Source: an uncultured Chloroflexia bacterium (GTDB lineage: Bacteria; Chloroflexota; UBA6077; JACCZL01). Taken from it: a stretch of DNA of 64,000 nt. The position numbers and the translations under genes are program-made. The DNA is taken from the NCBI GenBank assembly GCA_963765765.1, contig CAVXYC010000015.1, positions 608,001 to 672,000 on the forward strand, given 5' to 3'. The notes under the pieces were generated by a model that saw only the letters and a program-made list of their open reading frames with translations, ran no database searches and had not been told where the DNA came from. The first letter of the stretch is position 1, and each line of letters starts with the position of its first letter. Of the stretch, positions 51,186 through 61,657 are shown in pieces.

Positions 51186-51401
51186 TCGCACGCATTACGC
51201 TCGCCGATGTGGATCACGTCCTCGAATGGGACCGCCGGCACCCGCTGGAACGATTCGGCGCGCGACGTCGCCAGGAGCTGGGCGACGATATCCGACGACT
51301 CCTGGCACTCCGTCTCGCCGTAGTCGGATCGCGTGGGGCGCCATCCGGAACAGGACACGCCCCCGTCAATCATCGCCGATGGTCGCCCGACATTCAGCGA
51401 G
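51186..51401 (+). repeat. ~215-bp repeat, copy 2 (with truncated paralog ORF 51140-~51323)
   Basis: ARITLADVDHVLEWDRRHP...RRQELGDDIRRLLAL followed by the same conserved 3' sequence. Confidence 0.85.
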
Positions 51402-51423
51402 CTGAACGCTGAGGCGTATTGCC

Positions 51424-51669
51424 TTACGATCTCGTGGCACCCGGTTCGCGGTCCGCCAGCTTGGAACGAAGCCAGCGGAACATCGCGGTGCAATCGCCGT
51501 CCGTATGTCCGGCAGCCCGATACTCCGCTCCGAGCCTGTCTAAGATGGGAGCCGCGGCCAATCGCAGCTCTCCAAGGGCCTCGTCCGACGGGCTCCGCTC
51601 AACGGTGTGAAGCGCGACCCGGAAGCGTCGGAGCAGGTCGTCGCTGTCCTGGTTGTTCATCATCATCAA
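51424..51669 (-). CDS. Small hypothetical protein
   Basis: ~80 aa helical ORF; no motif recognised. Confidence 0.4.
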   Translation of the reverse strand: MMMMNNQDSDDLLRRFRVALHTVERSPSDEALGELRLAAAPILDRLGAEYRAAGHTDGDCTAMFRWLRSKLADREPGATRS

Positions 51670-52335
51670 AGAGTCCTCGAGTTTCCTCGTTGAGTCTCAC
51701 CTCATAACTTTGAACTGAGGTGTCTCGTGCCGCTGTGCCACGAGACACGGTCTGGTGGTGTGTTTCGCGCCGCGGCGTGGGTGGTCCATTGCGTTCAATA
51801 GAGATAGGGAGGCAGTGATGGACATCGAACACAGACTCGGACGACCGGAACGCGAGAACACGCGGCTCATGGGCACCTGATGATGGCGAGGCCCCTGCGT
51901 GTCATTGTCATCATGTCTGACATTCGATGGGTGTGTGCATCCCGATCCGCCGCAGGGTTCATTGAGCTCGCGAACCAGCGGTTGATGCGTGTTCTTCCCA
52001 CGGCCCCAGCGTCCCTCGGCCTGCTGTGAGCCTGGCATGTGCGTCTCCTGGCTCTCACGTCGTGTGTGCGCGTACCGTCCGTCTTGCGAATAGCGGAGGC
52101 GGTTATGGATCTGGAGCAGCGAGTGGCCCGGCTCGAGCGCGAGAATCGACGGTTGAAGGTGGGAGGCACCCTGGCACATGACGCGCTCCGTGTGCCCGAC
52201 CTCGGTCGGTGAGCTCGCGCTGGTGAGAAATATCTCTCCCGCTGGATGAGCACGATCCAGCTCCGCGAGGATCATCTTCTTGAGCGGGCGTACCGAATCG
52301 CTGGGAACGGTTGCCTGAGCCTCGCCCACTGTGGC

Positions 52336-53082
52336 TTACAGGGCCGCTCGCACCAGGTGCGGAGCCCCGCGCTCCGCCAGCGCGGGGTTGTCCCTACGCA
52401 CGAGCAGTGTCACCCCGGCGGCGATCAGCCAGATCGCCCAGGCGAGGTAGCTGAGCGCATTGATCGTACCGCCCAGCTCCCAACCGGCTGGCTCGGCCAG
52501 CCCGGCGGCGATGCCCGCTGCCAGGAGCACCCCGATCGCCCCAAACCATCGCGGCAGAAAAGCGGTGCGGAGCATTGCGACGGCTATGAGGAGCGTCCAT
52601 AGACCGGTGCTCAGGAACCCCAGGTGCTCACCGACAGCCATGCCGGCGTAGCGGTGAAAGGCCTCGAAGACCATGCTGGCCGCGGCGCGCTGCGCCTCAC
52701 TCGCGCCGGGGGCCATAGATGCTTGCGCCAGATGGGGGACGAGGAAGGGCCAGCGCAGGAACCCCAGTGTTTGAGACAGGCCCGCAAGAAGGCCGAAGGT
52801 GGTCGCGACCCACAAAATCACTGAGTTTTCGCGCTCCGCCAGGATGTGGTGCAGCAGCAGGGTGAGCGGAATAAAGGCCACTGCGGTAAGGGTCAGTACG
52901 TACCAGACCGCGACCAGCGGCGTGCCACCAGCCGCGAACTTGGCCAGAACTTCGGCAGTGGGTTGACGCAAGATGTCAGGGTACTCAAAAAGCTGCTGGA
53001 GCAGCAGAAAGCAGACAGTGAATACAAGGGGTACGATCACCAGGAGCGTGCCGGCGGCGCGTCGGAGAGAGGGGGTTGTCAT
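52336..53082 (-). CDS. DUF4386 family membrane protein
   Basis: FEYPDILRQP, QTLGFLRWPFLVP, HRYAGMAVGEHLG. Confidence 0.85.
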   Translation of the reverse strand: MTTPSLRRAAGTLLVIVPLVFTVCFLLLQQLFEYPDILRQPTAEVLAKFAAGGTPLVAVWYVLTLTAVAFIPLTLLLHHILAERENSVILWVATTFGLLAGLSQTLGFLRWPFLVPHLAQASMAPGASEAQRAAASMVFEAFHRYAGMAVGEHLGFLSTGLWTLLIAVAMLRTAFLPRWFGAIGVLLAAGIAAGLAEPAGWELGGTINALSYLAWAIWLIAAGVTLLVRRDNPALAERGAPHLVRAAL

Positions 53083-53489
53083 AGTCGGGTTCCTTTGTTC
53101 CTGGCCCCCGGCTTTGGTGGGGTCAGGGTTCCGTCGCATCAGCACCGTCTCCGGAGCTCTCTCTGACATCGCGCACAAATTCGCCCACCGTCAAAACCCT
53201 CGAAGCCAACCTCAGTGTAGTAGCGGGCGTGCCGAGCTGCATGAACGTTTCATCATTGGTCGCCGAATGGCTTGAACTTGAGGCTATAAGCCGCCGCTGG
53301 GTAGCTCCCTGGAACGCGGTGCAGATGGCAGCCGAGGCATCGATCCGCTCGCCGGACCTAGAATGGCGGTTACAGGAGTCGGCCTGCCTTAATCGGCACC
53401 CTCATTCCGATAATGGGGGTTATCGGAATGAAGGCCAGAGTGAACCTGCTTCCAAATCGTCGACCCTAAGCGTGAGCCGTAGCCGCTGC

Positions 53490-54512
53490 TTATTGCATGA
53501 TTTCGGTGGCCTGAGAGAGCACCGACGGAGGGATCGTCAGCCCGATCGCCTCCGCAGCCTTCAGGTTGATAATGAACTCGAATCGCGCGGGCAGCTCGAC
53601 CGGCAGGTCGGCCGGATCTGGCGCCCTTGAGAATCCGGTCCACGAAGCTCGCGGCGCGATGGTAGAGCGCCGTACTGCTGAACCCGTAGCTCATCAGCCC
53701 GCCCGCGTCAGACCAGAGTCGGACCTCATACATCGGCTGGGAGACGTCTGCTCGGAAGCGACCGCGGCAATCCGCGCGCTGTGGGCGGCGGCGAGGGGCT
53801 CCTGGAGCACCATCAGCGCGTCCGCCTGCGATGCCGCCAGGCTCTGGAACGCGCCCTCGAACTCATCAGCCCTCCGGACCTCGAGCGAGACGAACTCCAG
53901 GCCAAGCTCGTGCGTGGCCAGTTCCGCCGCCCTGAAGTCCGCCAATTTGGATACGTTGTTCGCGTTCCACAGGACGGCGACTCGACGCGTCGTTGGGACC
54001 ACCTCCTTGAGGAGCTCGAGGCGCTTCGCAACGATCCTGCCACTGTTGCCGCCGAGCCCAGTGACATTGCCGCCCGGCCGGGCAAGGCTGCCAACGAGCC
54101 CCGCACCCACCGGATCGTTGCCGAGAACCGTACCGACGATCGGAATGGTTGCCGTAGCACTTTTGGCCGCGAGCACAGCTTCCAGCCCGGTCGCGACGAT
54201 GAGATCGATGTCCAGTGCAACGATCTCGGCCGCAAGCGCTGGTCCCTGCTCCAACCTACCGTCCGTGAATCGGTACTCAATCAGCAGGTTCTGGCCTTCA
54301 ACGTAGCCTAGGTCATGGAGGCCCTGGTGAAAGGCCTCCATCAGCACGTTGTTCGGGGCGGCAGCGCCGATTCCGAGGTAACCGATGCGAGGAACTCGGG
54401 GCCGCTGCTGCCAGGGAGGCCGGAAGCCGCAAGCACTCACCAAGTAGATGGTCGTCAGGCCGTGGACGCCCCGAATGAACTGGCGGCGATTCCACCGGCG
54501 AGGCGCACACAT
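53490..54512 (-). pseudogene. ABC_sub_bind-type substrate-binding protein with frameshifts/deletion in the 3' third
   Basis: GLHDLGYVEGQN, DPVGAGLVGSLARPGGNVTG, KRLELLKE / GGLMSYG...VDRILKGA / LTIPPSVL. Confidence 0.8.
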
Positions 54513-54689
54513 AATGCCTGCGAGTATCCGCCTCACGGCTGGGAGCGTCAAATTACTCTGGCGACTGTAGCTGGCATACGTCTGTTCTGGAGAATGACGA
54601 TTATCGCAAGGTATATGGAGGTCGCTTGTGAGTGATGGAGTGCTGGCGACGGTGGACGTGGGTGAGCGCATCATTGCGCTTGCGATCGA

Positions 54690-54990
54690 TACGCTCAATC
54701 CGAAGCGTGACTCGGCCGCTCTTGCAGGAGCCCGGGGTCGAAGTCATCGGGGAGGTGGACGATGCCGAAAAATTCCGACTTCCTCGGCGCTGCCTGAGCA
54801 CTCCTCTTTCCGATCGATTGGCCGGAGCCGTTCGGTCTCGTCATGGCGGAGTCACTGGCGTGCGGCACGCCAGTCATCGCCCGGCGACGCGGATCTCTGC
54901 CCGAAGTTGTGGACATCGCGTGACGGGGTTGATCGGCGAAACCGATGAGGATCTTGCCTATACGTGGATCTATGCGAAGGATCGCCTCGA
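54690..54990 (+). pseudogene. Glycosyltransferase family 4 fragment
   Basis: GVEVIGEVDDAEK / LLFPIDWPEPFGLVMAESLACGTPVIARRRGSLPEVV. Confidence 0.75.
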
Positions 54991-55380
54991 TACCGTGGTA
55001 CGCCATTGCGACGGGTTCCCAAATGGCCCATAGAGCTCGTCGTAAAACTCGCGCTTCACCACGAGGTCAGGGTCATACCGCGCTACCTCCGGTAGGTGCC
55101 CGCGAGGGTGCCCGATGATAACGTCGCTTTCGGTGATCCGGATGATGCCCTCAATCGGGAAGATGGATATCCCCTCACCCGGACCGAGGAAGTCGGCTAA
55201 AGCCAGCAGCAAGAACCGAACCTTGTAGTGGAGGTCGTCAATGATGAGATCGTCGATGGTGCCGATAAAGCGGCCATCGCTGTCCTTGACGGTCCATCCT
55301 CGGATATCGATGTCGGAGGTTGCGACGGTCAAGTCCGTGTCAGTCAAATTCCTGTGCGCCGCCGGGACCTGCATGAGCAT
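54970..55380 (-). CDS. PRC-barrel domain protein
   Basis: DIRGWTVKDSDGRFIGTIDDLIID...VRFL...YDPDL. Confidence 0.85.
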   Translation of the reverse strand: MLMQVPAAHRNLTDTDLTVATSDIDIRGWTVKDSDGRFIGTIDDLIIDDLHYKVRFLLLALADFLGPGEGISIFPIEGIIRITESDVIIGHPRGHLPEVARYDPDLVVKREFYDELYGPFGNPSQWRTTVSRRSFA

Positions 55381-55723
55381 GGTGACCTCCCTATCAATGC
55401 GGTTCGGCTTCGGTACCGGCGATACGCTCTGCGGGCAGCCCAATCCCACCGTGATCACGCGCACCGGTCACTCCTGGTGCAGCGCTCCACTAGCGAACGT
55501 GATGGACCCCATTCAGCGTCGCACACGTTCGACGATGAGTCATGATCGTTTCTTCATGCTGGTGTCAGTCCCATTGAGGGGATAGCGAGCAGCCGTTAAT
55601 GGCTCGATTGACCCATCGGGAACGAGGGCGCATAGTGCATAAAGACACGCACGGACAGTCGAACAGCCGACTCTGCCTGTTGAAGTCGGATCGGAGGCGA
55701 GCGGCGGAGGGGAAGGCGGAGCT

Positions 55724-56071
55724 ATGACATACCCAATTGATGATCTGCGCGACGTGACCGTCGGAGCGGTTGTCAAAGACTCAGATGGCGCTGTCATAGG
55801 CAGTGTCGAGGGGCTCGCGGTCGGGGATGATGGCGCGAAACAGTTCATGATCACACGTCATGGATACGCCGAGTATCTCCTCGCGGTTCCGCCGACGATG
55901 ATCGACGTGGCGAGCGGCGGGGAGGTCCGGTTGAACGTTTCGCTGCAGCGCTTCGAAGCGCTGCTATTTGAACCGGGCGGCGATGCTGGACCAACCCGCC
56001 CGAGTGAGTCCGCTGATGCAGTGCTCGGTCATCTCGAAGGAGAATCGTCCATGGGGCCGGCCATGGGATAA
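55724..56071 (+). CDS. PRC-barrel-like protein
   Basis: GAVVKDSDGAVIGSVEG...LAVP...VRLNV. Confidence 0.65.
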   Translation: MTYPIDDLRDVTVGAVVKDSDGAVIGSVEGLAVGDDGAKQFMITRHGYAEYLLAVPPTMIDVASGGEVRLNVSLQRFEALLFEPGGDAGPTRPSESADAVLGHLEGESSMGPAMG

Positions 56072-56327
56072 TCGCCTCGTTGCCACAAGCAGGAACGATT
56101 CTCGATCGGGCCGAGTGGTGAAGTTGTCCACCGAGTCGCGGCGTGGATCGGTACTGACTGCCGGTTGGCTTCTGTGACTCCATCGGGCGGTCGCACAAGG
56201 TGGGTCTCAAGCGTCTGTTCACGCAGCAAGGCCGAGGTTCTCGCGATCAGTCAGCGTCGCCCCTTAGCCGCGCCCGATCTCTTGGTATTGACTCACTTCC
56301 TGTTCCCGATCATATCCAAGGACCACG

Positions 56328-56903
56328 GTGATGAACGCTATCGACAAGCAGACGGAACACGCCACGGTAATGACGCCGGTGCCCCTGAGCCCCGAAGCGC
56401 TACGCGCCCTCGAGGAACGGGTGGTGGTGACAATCGATCAACGCCGCGACACTCGGGATGTCAACAAGCTTCACGAGTCCTCGCTCACTTTTGGTCAAAG
56501 GGTCGCCGACCGCGTGGCCTCGACGATGGGGAGCTGGCCCTTCATCATTGTCCAATCCATCTTGTTGACGTTCTGGATTGGGCTTAACGTTTCGGAGCTC
56601 GTCTTTCGAGCCTGGGACCCGTACCCGTTCATCCTCTTGAACCTCATGCTCAGCTTTCAAGCCGCGTATGCGGCTCCGTTCATCATGATGAGCCAGAACC
56701 GTCAATCCGCAAAGGACCGCCTCGCGGCGGAGCTGGACTTGCAGACTAACCTGCGCGCCGAGGCGCTTATTGAGGATCTGCACGGCGCGATGGAAACGTT
56801 GCGGCGACATCAATGGAAGGATCTGCTCGATATTCAACAAAGCCAGATCGAGCTCATGCAGACACTGCTTAGGCGCGTGCCCGTCGCGACACCTGGCCCT
56901 TGA
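56328..56903 (+). CDS. DUF1003 membrane protein
   Basis: GQRVADRVA...GSWPF...DPYPFILLNLMLSFQAAYAAPFIMMSQNRQ. Confidence 0.92.
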   Translation: MMNAIDKQTEHATVMTPVPLSPEALRALEERVVVTIDQRRDTRDVNKLHESSLTFGQRVADRVASTMGSWPFIIVQSILLTFWIGLNVSELVFRAWDPYPFILLNLMLSFQAAYAAPFIMMSQNRQSAKDRLAAELDLQTNLRAEALIEDLHGAMETLRRHQWKDLLDIQQSQIELMQTLLRRVPVATPGP

Positions 56904-57380
56904 GCGAGGTAGGCTAGTGGGGCACAGTCCCCGTCACAGCAAACACTCTGACGAGGCTTCGCCACGGCAAGCTCGCACCACGAGGCCCCCGATGCTTGGA
57001 TCACGCGTCCATTAACGGAGCCCGATCCAGATCCAGAAAGCCTCAGCTCCGCACACGGTGACCGGGTAAAGCTGGGCACGGTTCGACCCACGTCGTCATT
57101 GACGAGATGGAGGTGGCACGGCTCCTCCCAGGGCCAGCGACGGTCGGGGGGATGACTCGCCAGAGATCCGAGGATCCCAAACGCAGCGTGAGTAAACACT
57201 CATGACTCGTTGCCGCATGCGTGCCATGCTAAAGGGAGCTCATTAGCGGAAGCGGTGGGAGGCACTGTCGTAAGCCGAATCAGCCTCGCAAGCCGAGACT
57301 AATGGAGGGCCTGCCCATGAGCATCCCGGCGATCATCTCCATCGAAGTGGCATCCTCGATCTGTAGTTAGGGAGCGCATC

Positions 57381-57671
57381 GTGGCACTCGACCCAGGCGG
57401 ATTACTCATGTGGCTCATCGCGGGCCTTATAGCCGGCTGGTTAGCCGGCAAGTTCATGAAGGGAAGCGGTTTCGGGATGGTCGGCGACCTCGTCATTGGG
57501 AGTCTGGGGGCTTTCCTGGGAGGCCTGTTGTTCGGTGTGGTGATGCCCGGGAACAGCGTGGGCTTTCCTGGCACCATCGTCGTGGCCTTCATGGGCGCGG
57601 TTGTGCTGATCGGCCTTTTGCGGACGCTGTCTGGTGGGACGTGGGGTCTTGGCAACAGCTGGCGAGGCTGA
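57381..57671 (+). CDS. GlsB/YeaQ/YmgE family stress response membrane protein
   Basis: WLIAGLIAGWLAGKFMKGSGFGMVGDLVIGSLGAFLGG. Confidence 0.9.
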   Translation: MALDPGGLLMWLIAGLIAGWLAGKFMKGSGFGMVGDLVIGSLGAFLGGLLFGVVMPGNSVGFPGTIVVAFMGAVVLIGLLRTLSGGTWGLGNSWRG

Positions 57672-57894
57672 GTCCACGGCCACGCTCTGGTCGCCGGACG
57701 GCTGGGGAAGATGATCTGGCTCCTTCTGGGCGAGACCGGCGAGGATCTGGCCCGGAAGTGCACGAGTTGACACTGGGATCCCGTCAGCCGACCGACCAGG
57801 ACGATATCGCCACCCTGGTGACGCGCGAAGAAGCCTTTGCACCTTGGCTGGGTTGTCGCCCAGGCCGCTCTACCCCGATATGGAGGCCACCCGA

Positions 57895-58299
57895 ATGAAC
57901 TCACAGCTACTCGATGAGGCAATCAAGGTTGACATGGTCGTGCGCACGATGGACGGTGCACACCTCGGCACGGTGGCCGACGTGTGGCCAAATGTAGATG
58001 TCGAGGACGGTTGGGACGCCACGAGCTCCGTGCCGCAGCCGAGTGCCGAAGCGACCGATCCGGAGCTCTACACGTTTAGCGAGGGTATACAGGGTGGAGG
58101 CGATAGCTACTTTCGTCTGCGAACGCCGGATGGGGGCGACCTGTATGTTCCCTTCTCCGCGGTCGTTCGGGCGGACGGAGAGGCGGTCCAGGTCGCGGTC
58201 GACGAGGCGACCGTCCCTGGTCTGCAGTGGGACGTTATCCCCGACTTCATCAATATCACAACGAAGTCGGATAGCCAGGGCGGACCGCACGCCGCGTGA
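57895..58299 (+). CDS. PRC-barrel/DUF2171-like protein
   Basis: IKVDMVVRTMDGAHLGTVADV...DLYVPFSAV; RBS ggagg. Confidence 0.7.
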   Translation: MNSQLLDEAIKVDMVVRTMDGAHLGTVADVWPNVDVEDGWDATSSVPQPSAEATDPELYTFSEGIQGGGDSYFRLRTPDGGDLYVPFSAVVRADGEAVQVAVDEATVPGLQWDVIPDFINITTKSDSQGGPHAA

Positions 58300-58350
58300 A
58301 TCGCAGTCTTGCGGATGACCGTTGGAACGCCGCGAGGCCACCGCGGCCGG

Positions 58351-59106
58351 TTATCGGGAGGTGTCGCCGATAGCCGCTTCGGACGGGATTTGGGTACCGG
58401 AGAACGTCGGCAGGAAGCGGTAGCCTTTGCCCGGTACCGTCTGGATGAACCGCGGCCTACGCCAATCGTTCTGCAGCTTCACTCGAAGGTTCCGAACGTG
58501 GCGGTCAACCACGTTACTCTCGGCCACGTAATCAGTTCCCCACAATGCATCCAGGATCTGATCGCGCGTGACGAGCTGGCCAGGGTTGGCCGCCAGCAAG
58601 TAGAGCAGACTCTGCTCGAGCCCCGACAGATGGAGCTCGGACGTTCCGGCCCGCACCTGGCGGTGGAGGATGTCGATCTCGATCTCGCCGAGTCGCAGCA
58701 CCGGGTCTATGGGCACGGGGCTCCCGAAGGTTCGACGGGTGATCGCGACCATCCGTGCGAGTAGCTCCTCTGGTGAGAACGGGACCGTCATGATATCGTC
58801 AACGCCGAGCTCGAACGCCGCGAGCTTGGTGGCGAGGTCACCCCGGCGAGTGAGAGCGAGCACTGCCGTTCGGATCCTATCCTCCGGGCCAACTTGCGCC
58901 AGGCGGTTGATGAGCTCCTCGCCGCCAATGTCCATGTCGATGACGGCGAGATGGGGTCGCCACGTCTCGGCGACTATTGCGGCCTCCGCCGCTGTTGCGA
59001 CGTCAGATGTGGTGAACGCCGCGTGGTTCAGCGTGAGCTTGATCGTCTCGACGAGCAACGGCTGGTCAACCAGGATCAGCACGCGAGCAGGACCGTTCAG
59101 TGACAC
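58351..59106 (-). CDS. OmpR/PhoB family response regulator
   Basis: GVDD...PFSPEELLAR, TRDQILDALWG, SNVVDRHVRNLRVKL, IQTVPGKGYRF. Confidence 0.92.
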   Translation of the reverse strand: MSLNGPARVLILVDQPLLVETIKLTLNHAAFTTSDVATAAEAAIVAETWRPHLAVIDMDIGGEELINRLAQVGPEDRIRTAVLALTRRGDLATKLAAFELGVDDIMTVPFSPEELLARMVAITRRTFGSPVPIDPVLRLGEIEIDILHRQVRAGTSELHLSGLEQSLLYLLAANPGQLVTRDQILDALWGTDYVAESNVVDRHVRNLRVKLQNDWRRPRFIQTVPGKGYRFLPTFSGTQIPSEAAIGDTSR

Positions 59107-59203
59107 ATTGCACCTTCCAGCATCATGCCTGCACGTGACCACCGACCGCACAAAAGCGGCTGGGTCCTGACCTTCGCGTTTCGATCGTCGTCAATGCGCC
59201 TAA

Positions 59204-59221
59204 TGATACATCTGATACATC
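59204..59221. promoter_or_regulatory. 9-bp tandem direct repeat upstream of the response regulator
   Basis: tgatacatc tgatacatc. Confidence 0.4.
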
Positions 59222-59456
59222 CCACCCAAGAAGCGCCTTGAACTGCACACCGTGCGGCTGATCAATCACCAAATGACGGAAGGCTCATGACACGGACCTC
59301 ACTCCGTGACAGAGTGAGGGTGCGCTGACTGAGGAGACTTCTGCTTTGTCGCGGCGCTTGCATGCCAGTGCTGTCGGCGCTAGACGCCCATATGGCAACC
59401 CCGGCTCGTCTAGATGACCGGCGCTCTGTCACGGATTCGGCTATAGGACCATCATC

Positions 59457-60206
59457 ATGAGCCACGAAGATGCGGGAGGTGCATTGACCCTGATATATCC
59501 GGGACTCCCATCGCCCCCTTTAAGCGACCCCGGAATACGGATTGTCGAATGGCGCCGTTCCTCCGTTGCGCTCAGCGTGAATCGGCCACGACCTTCGGCC
59601 GCGCTATACGCCGGAATCGGGGCGAGTCATCTTGATGGGGAGCGTCGAGAGACGGATCGTGTGGACACCGCGTTTCACGAGGCGGCTCACGCGCTGATGG
59701 TCCACGGACTTGGCGGATTCGTCACGAAGGTGGACGGCGCCGGTCAAACAACATATGCCTGGCCACCGGAGCCGGTCGGGGGGACCGTCCGAACGGAGCG
59801 CATGCGCGACATGGTTCGGGCGGTGGTGCTCTACAGCGGCCCGGTAGCGGAAGAGCTCGATCGGCGACCGCGGGAGCAGCCGGGGACCGTGGCGATGGTG
59901 CAAGCCTGCCGGACATTGCCCTATCTCCAGGGTGCTCCGGGGCGGGATCCGCACCATGACTTCGACCGTGTAGCGGATATCGTTCGCGGAAAATTTGGCT
60001 CCCAGCCTGACTCGATGTTTCGATACCTGACGACGGCCGCTCGCCTGGCTGAGGATCTGGTCCGCGTGCACTGGGAGACGATCGAGCGAGTCGCCCACCA
60101 CGCCCTTCGTTGGGGCACCCTGGATGGCCCGATGTTCAAAAGTCTCGTGGCCGGGCGGCTGGGAAGGGGCGATCTCCGTCAGGCACTTGAAGCAGCCCAG
60201 TTCTGA
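59457..60206 (+). CDS. Stand-alone M41 (FtsH protease domain)-like zinc peptidase; start uncertain
   Basis: TAFHEAAHA, SGPVAEEL, WETIERVAHHALRWGTLDG. Confidence 0.65.
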   Translation: MSHEDAGGALTLIYPGLPSPPLSDPGIRIVEWRRSSVALSVNRPRPSAALYAGIGASHLDGERRETDRVDTAFHEAAHALMVHGLGGFVTKVDGAGQTTYAWPPEPVGGTVRTERMRDMVRAVVLYSGPVAEELDRRPREQPGTVAMVQACRTLPYLQGAPGRDPHHDFDRVADIVRGKFGSQPDSMFRYLTTAARLAEDLVRVHWETIERVAHHALRWGTLDGPMFKSLVAGRLGRGDLRQALEAAQF

Positions 60207-60226
60207 GCATTCTGCTAGCTTCTGCC

Positions 60227-61657
60227 ATGAGCCGCCGGCACCTGTTCTCGAGATCGCTGAGGGATGAGCAAACGTTCATGACAGGCACTCAGGCGGGTGC
60301 GATGCTGCCCATTACCCGAATCAGACAGGAGTCACGAGTGGCCGACGGGCGCGTGCTCAATGAGCCGCGCGAGCGAGGGATCACCATGCACACCGATTTA
60401 CAGTGGGACCCTGGGCATGTCACGTTGAAGACCGAGGATCGGGCGATCCGACCCTCGGTCGACCGGAGCCAGCCCGCGGGCAGGGTGAGCACCCGGGAGG
60501 AGCTCTCGGACTCCACCGGGCAGAATGTCGCCTCCCGGCCGTTCGCTGCGCCGAAGGCCGTCTGCAACGTGCGTGAGGGCGTTGCTGACACGCTGGCAAT
60601 GCCACTTCTCGTGCTCGACACGGAACTGCGGGTGGAGTTCGCCAATAGATCGTTCTGCGAGGCGTTCGGTGTGAGGCCTGAGGCGGTTGGCCGATCGATC
60701 GAAGAGGTTGGTCGAGGTCACTGGAACAACGTGGAGCTGCGCGAGGCACTTGGGCACAGTCTTTTGCACACCGGTCGCGGAGACGAGCTCGAGATTCACT
60801 GCGCCACCGTGACGTCTGGTCCTCGGACGATGCGGATCACCACGCAGACCTTAGCCGAGATGAGTGATCCAGGGGGATACGTTCTCCTCGCGATGGAAGA
60901 CGTCACGGGACGCCAGGCGATGGACCGCCTACAGCGCGACTTTGTCGGCCTTATCAGCCATGAGATGAGTAACGCTCTCACACTCGTCGTGGGCGAGGCT
61001 CAGTGCATGCAACGGCGTGGCGAGTTCAACGCGCGTGCGCTGACCAGTATTGTGGACCAGGCCGTCGTCCTCGGTCGCCTGGTGCAGGACCTTCTGGACA
61101 CGCCGAGTTTTGATCCGGACACGCTGAGCATCGATCGCCGCTGGATCGATCTGGCGGACGTTGCCCAAACCACGATGCACTGGTCGCAGATCGCCAGCCC
61201 CATTCATACAATGCGTCTGGAGTGCCCCCTCGGCGGCGTCGAGGGATCGTGGGACCGTGATCGACTCACTCAGGTGTTCTCCAATCTTTTGAGCAACGCC
61301 ATCAGGTACTCGCCAGCGGGCGGGCAAATCCTGGTATCGCTTCAAGACCTGGGGTTCGCGGCGCGTGTCAGCATTCGAGATCAGGGCATTGGAATCCGGC
61401 CAGAGGCACTTCGACATCTGTTCGATCAAAGTTATCGGGTGCCCGGCTCCGCAGGCCAGGTCCGCGGGCTGGGATTGGGGCTGTACATCACCCGCCTGCT
61501 CGTAGAAGCCCACGGTGGAGACATAACCGTGGAATCAATGCCGGATCAGGGCTCGACCTTTCACGTCGTTCTTCCTCGAGCAGCGCCAGTGCATGAGTCA
61601 CCCCAGCAACTGACGCGGTGGGCGGTCATATCTGGACAAACGAAAGATCGCAAGTGA
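60227..61657 (+). CDS. PAS-domain sensor histidine kinase; start uncertain
   Basis: PLLVLD...ANRSF PAS; ISHEM H-box; QVFSNLLSNAIRYS, DQGIGI, GLGLGL, GSTF. Confidence 0.88.
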   Translation: MSRRHLFSRSLRDEQTFMTGTQAGAMLPITRIRQESRVADGRVLNEPRERGITMHTDLQWDPGHVTLKTEDRAIRPSVDRSQPAGRVSTREELSDSTGQNVASRPFAAPKAVCNVREGVADTLAMPLLVLDTELRVEFANRSFCEAFGVRPEAVGRSIEEVGRGHWNNVELREALGHSLLHTGRGDELEIHCATVTSGPRTMRITTQTLAEMSDPGGYVLLAMEDVTGRQAMDRLQRDFVGLISHEMSNALTLVVGEAQCMQRRGEFNARALTSIVDQAVVLGRLVQDLLDTPSFDPDTLSIDRRWIDLADVAQTTMHWSQIASPIHTMRLECPLGGVEGSWDRDRLTQVFSNLLSNAIRYSPAGGQILVSLQDLGFAARVSIRDQGIGIRPEALRHLFDQSYRVPGSAGQVRGLGLGLYITRLLVEAHGGDITVESMPDQGSTFHVVLPRAAPVHESPQQLTRWAVISGQTKDRK

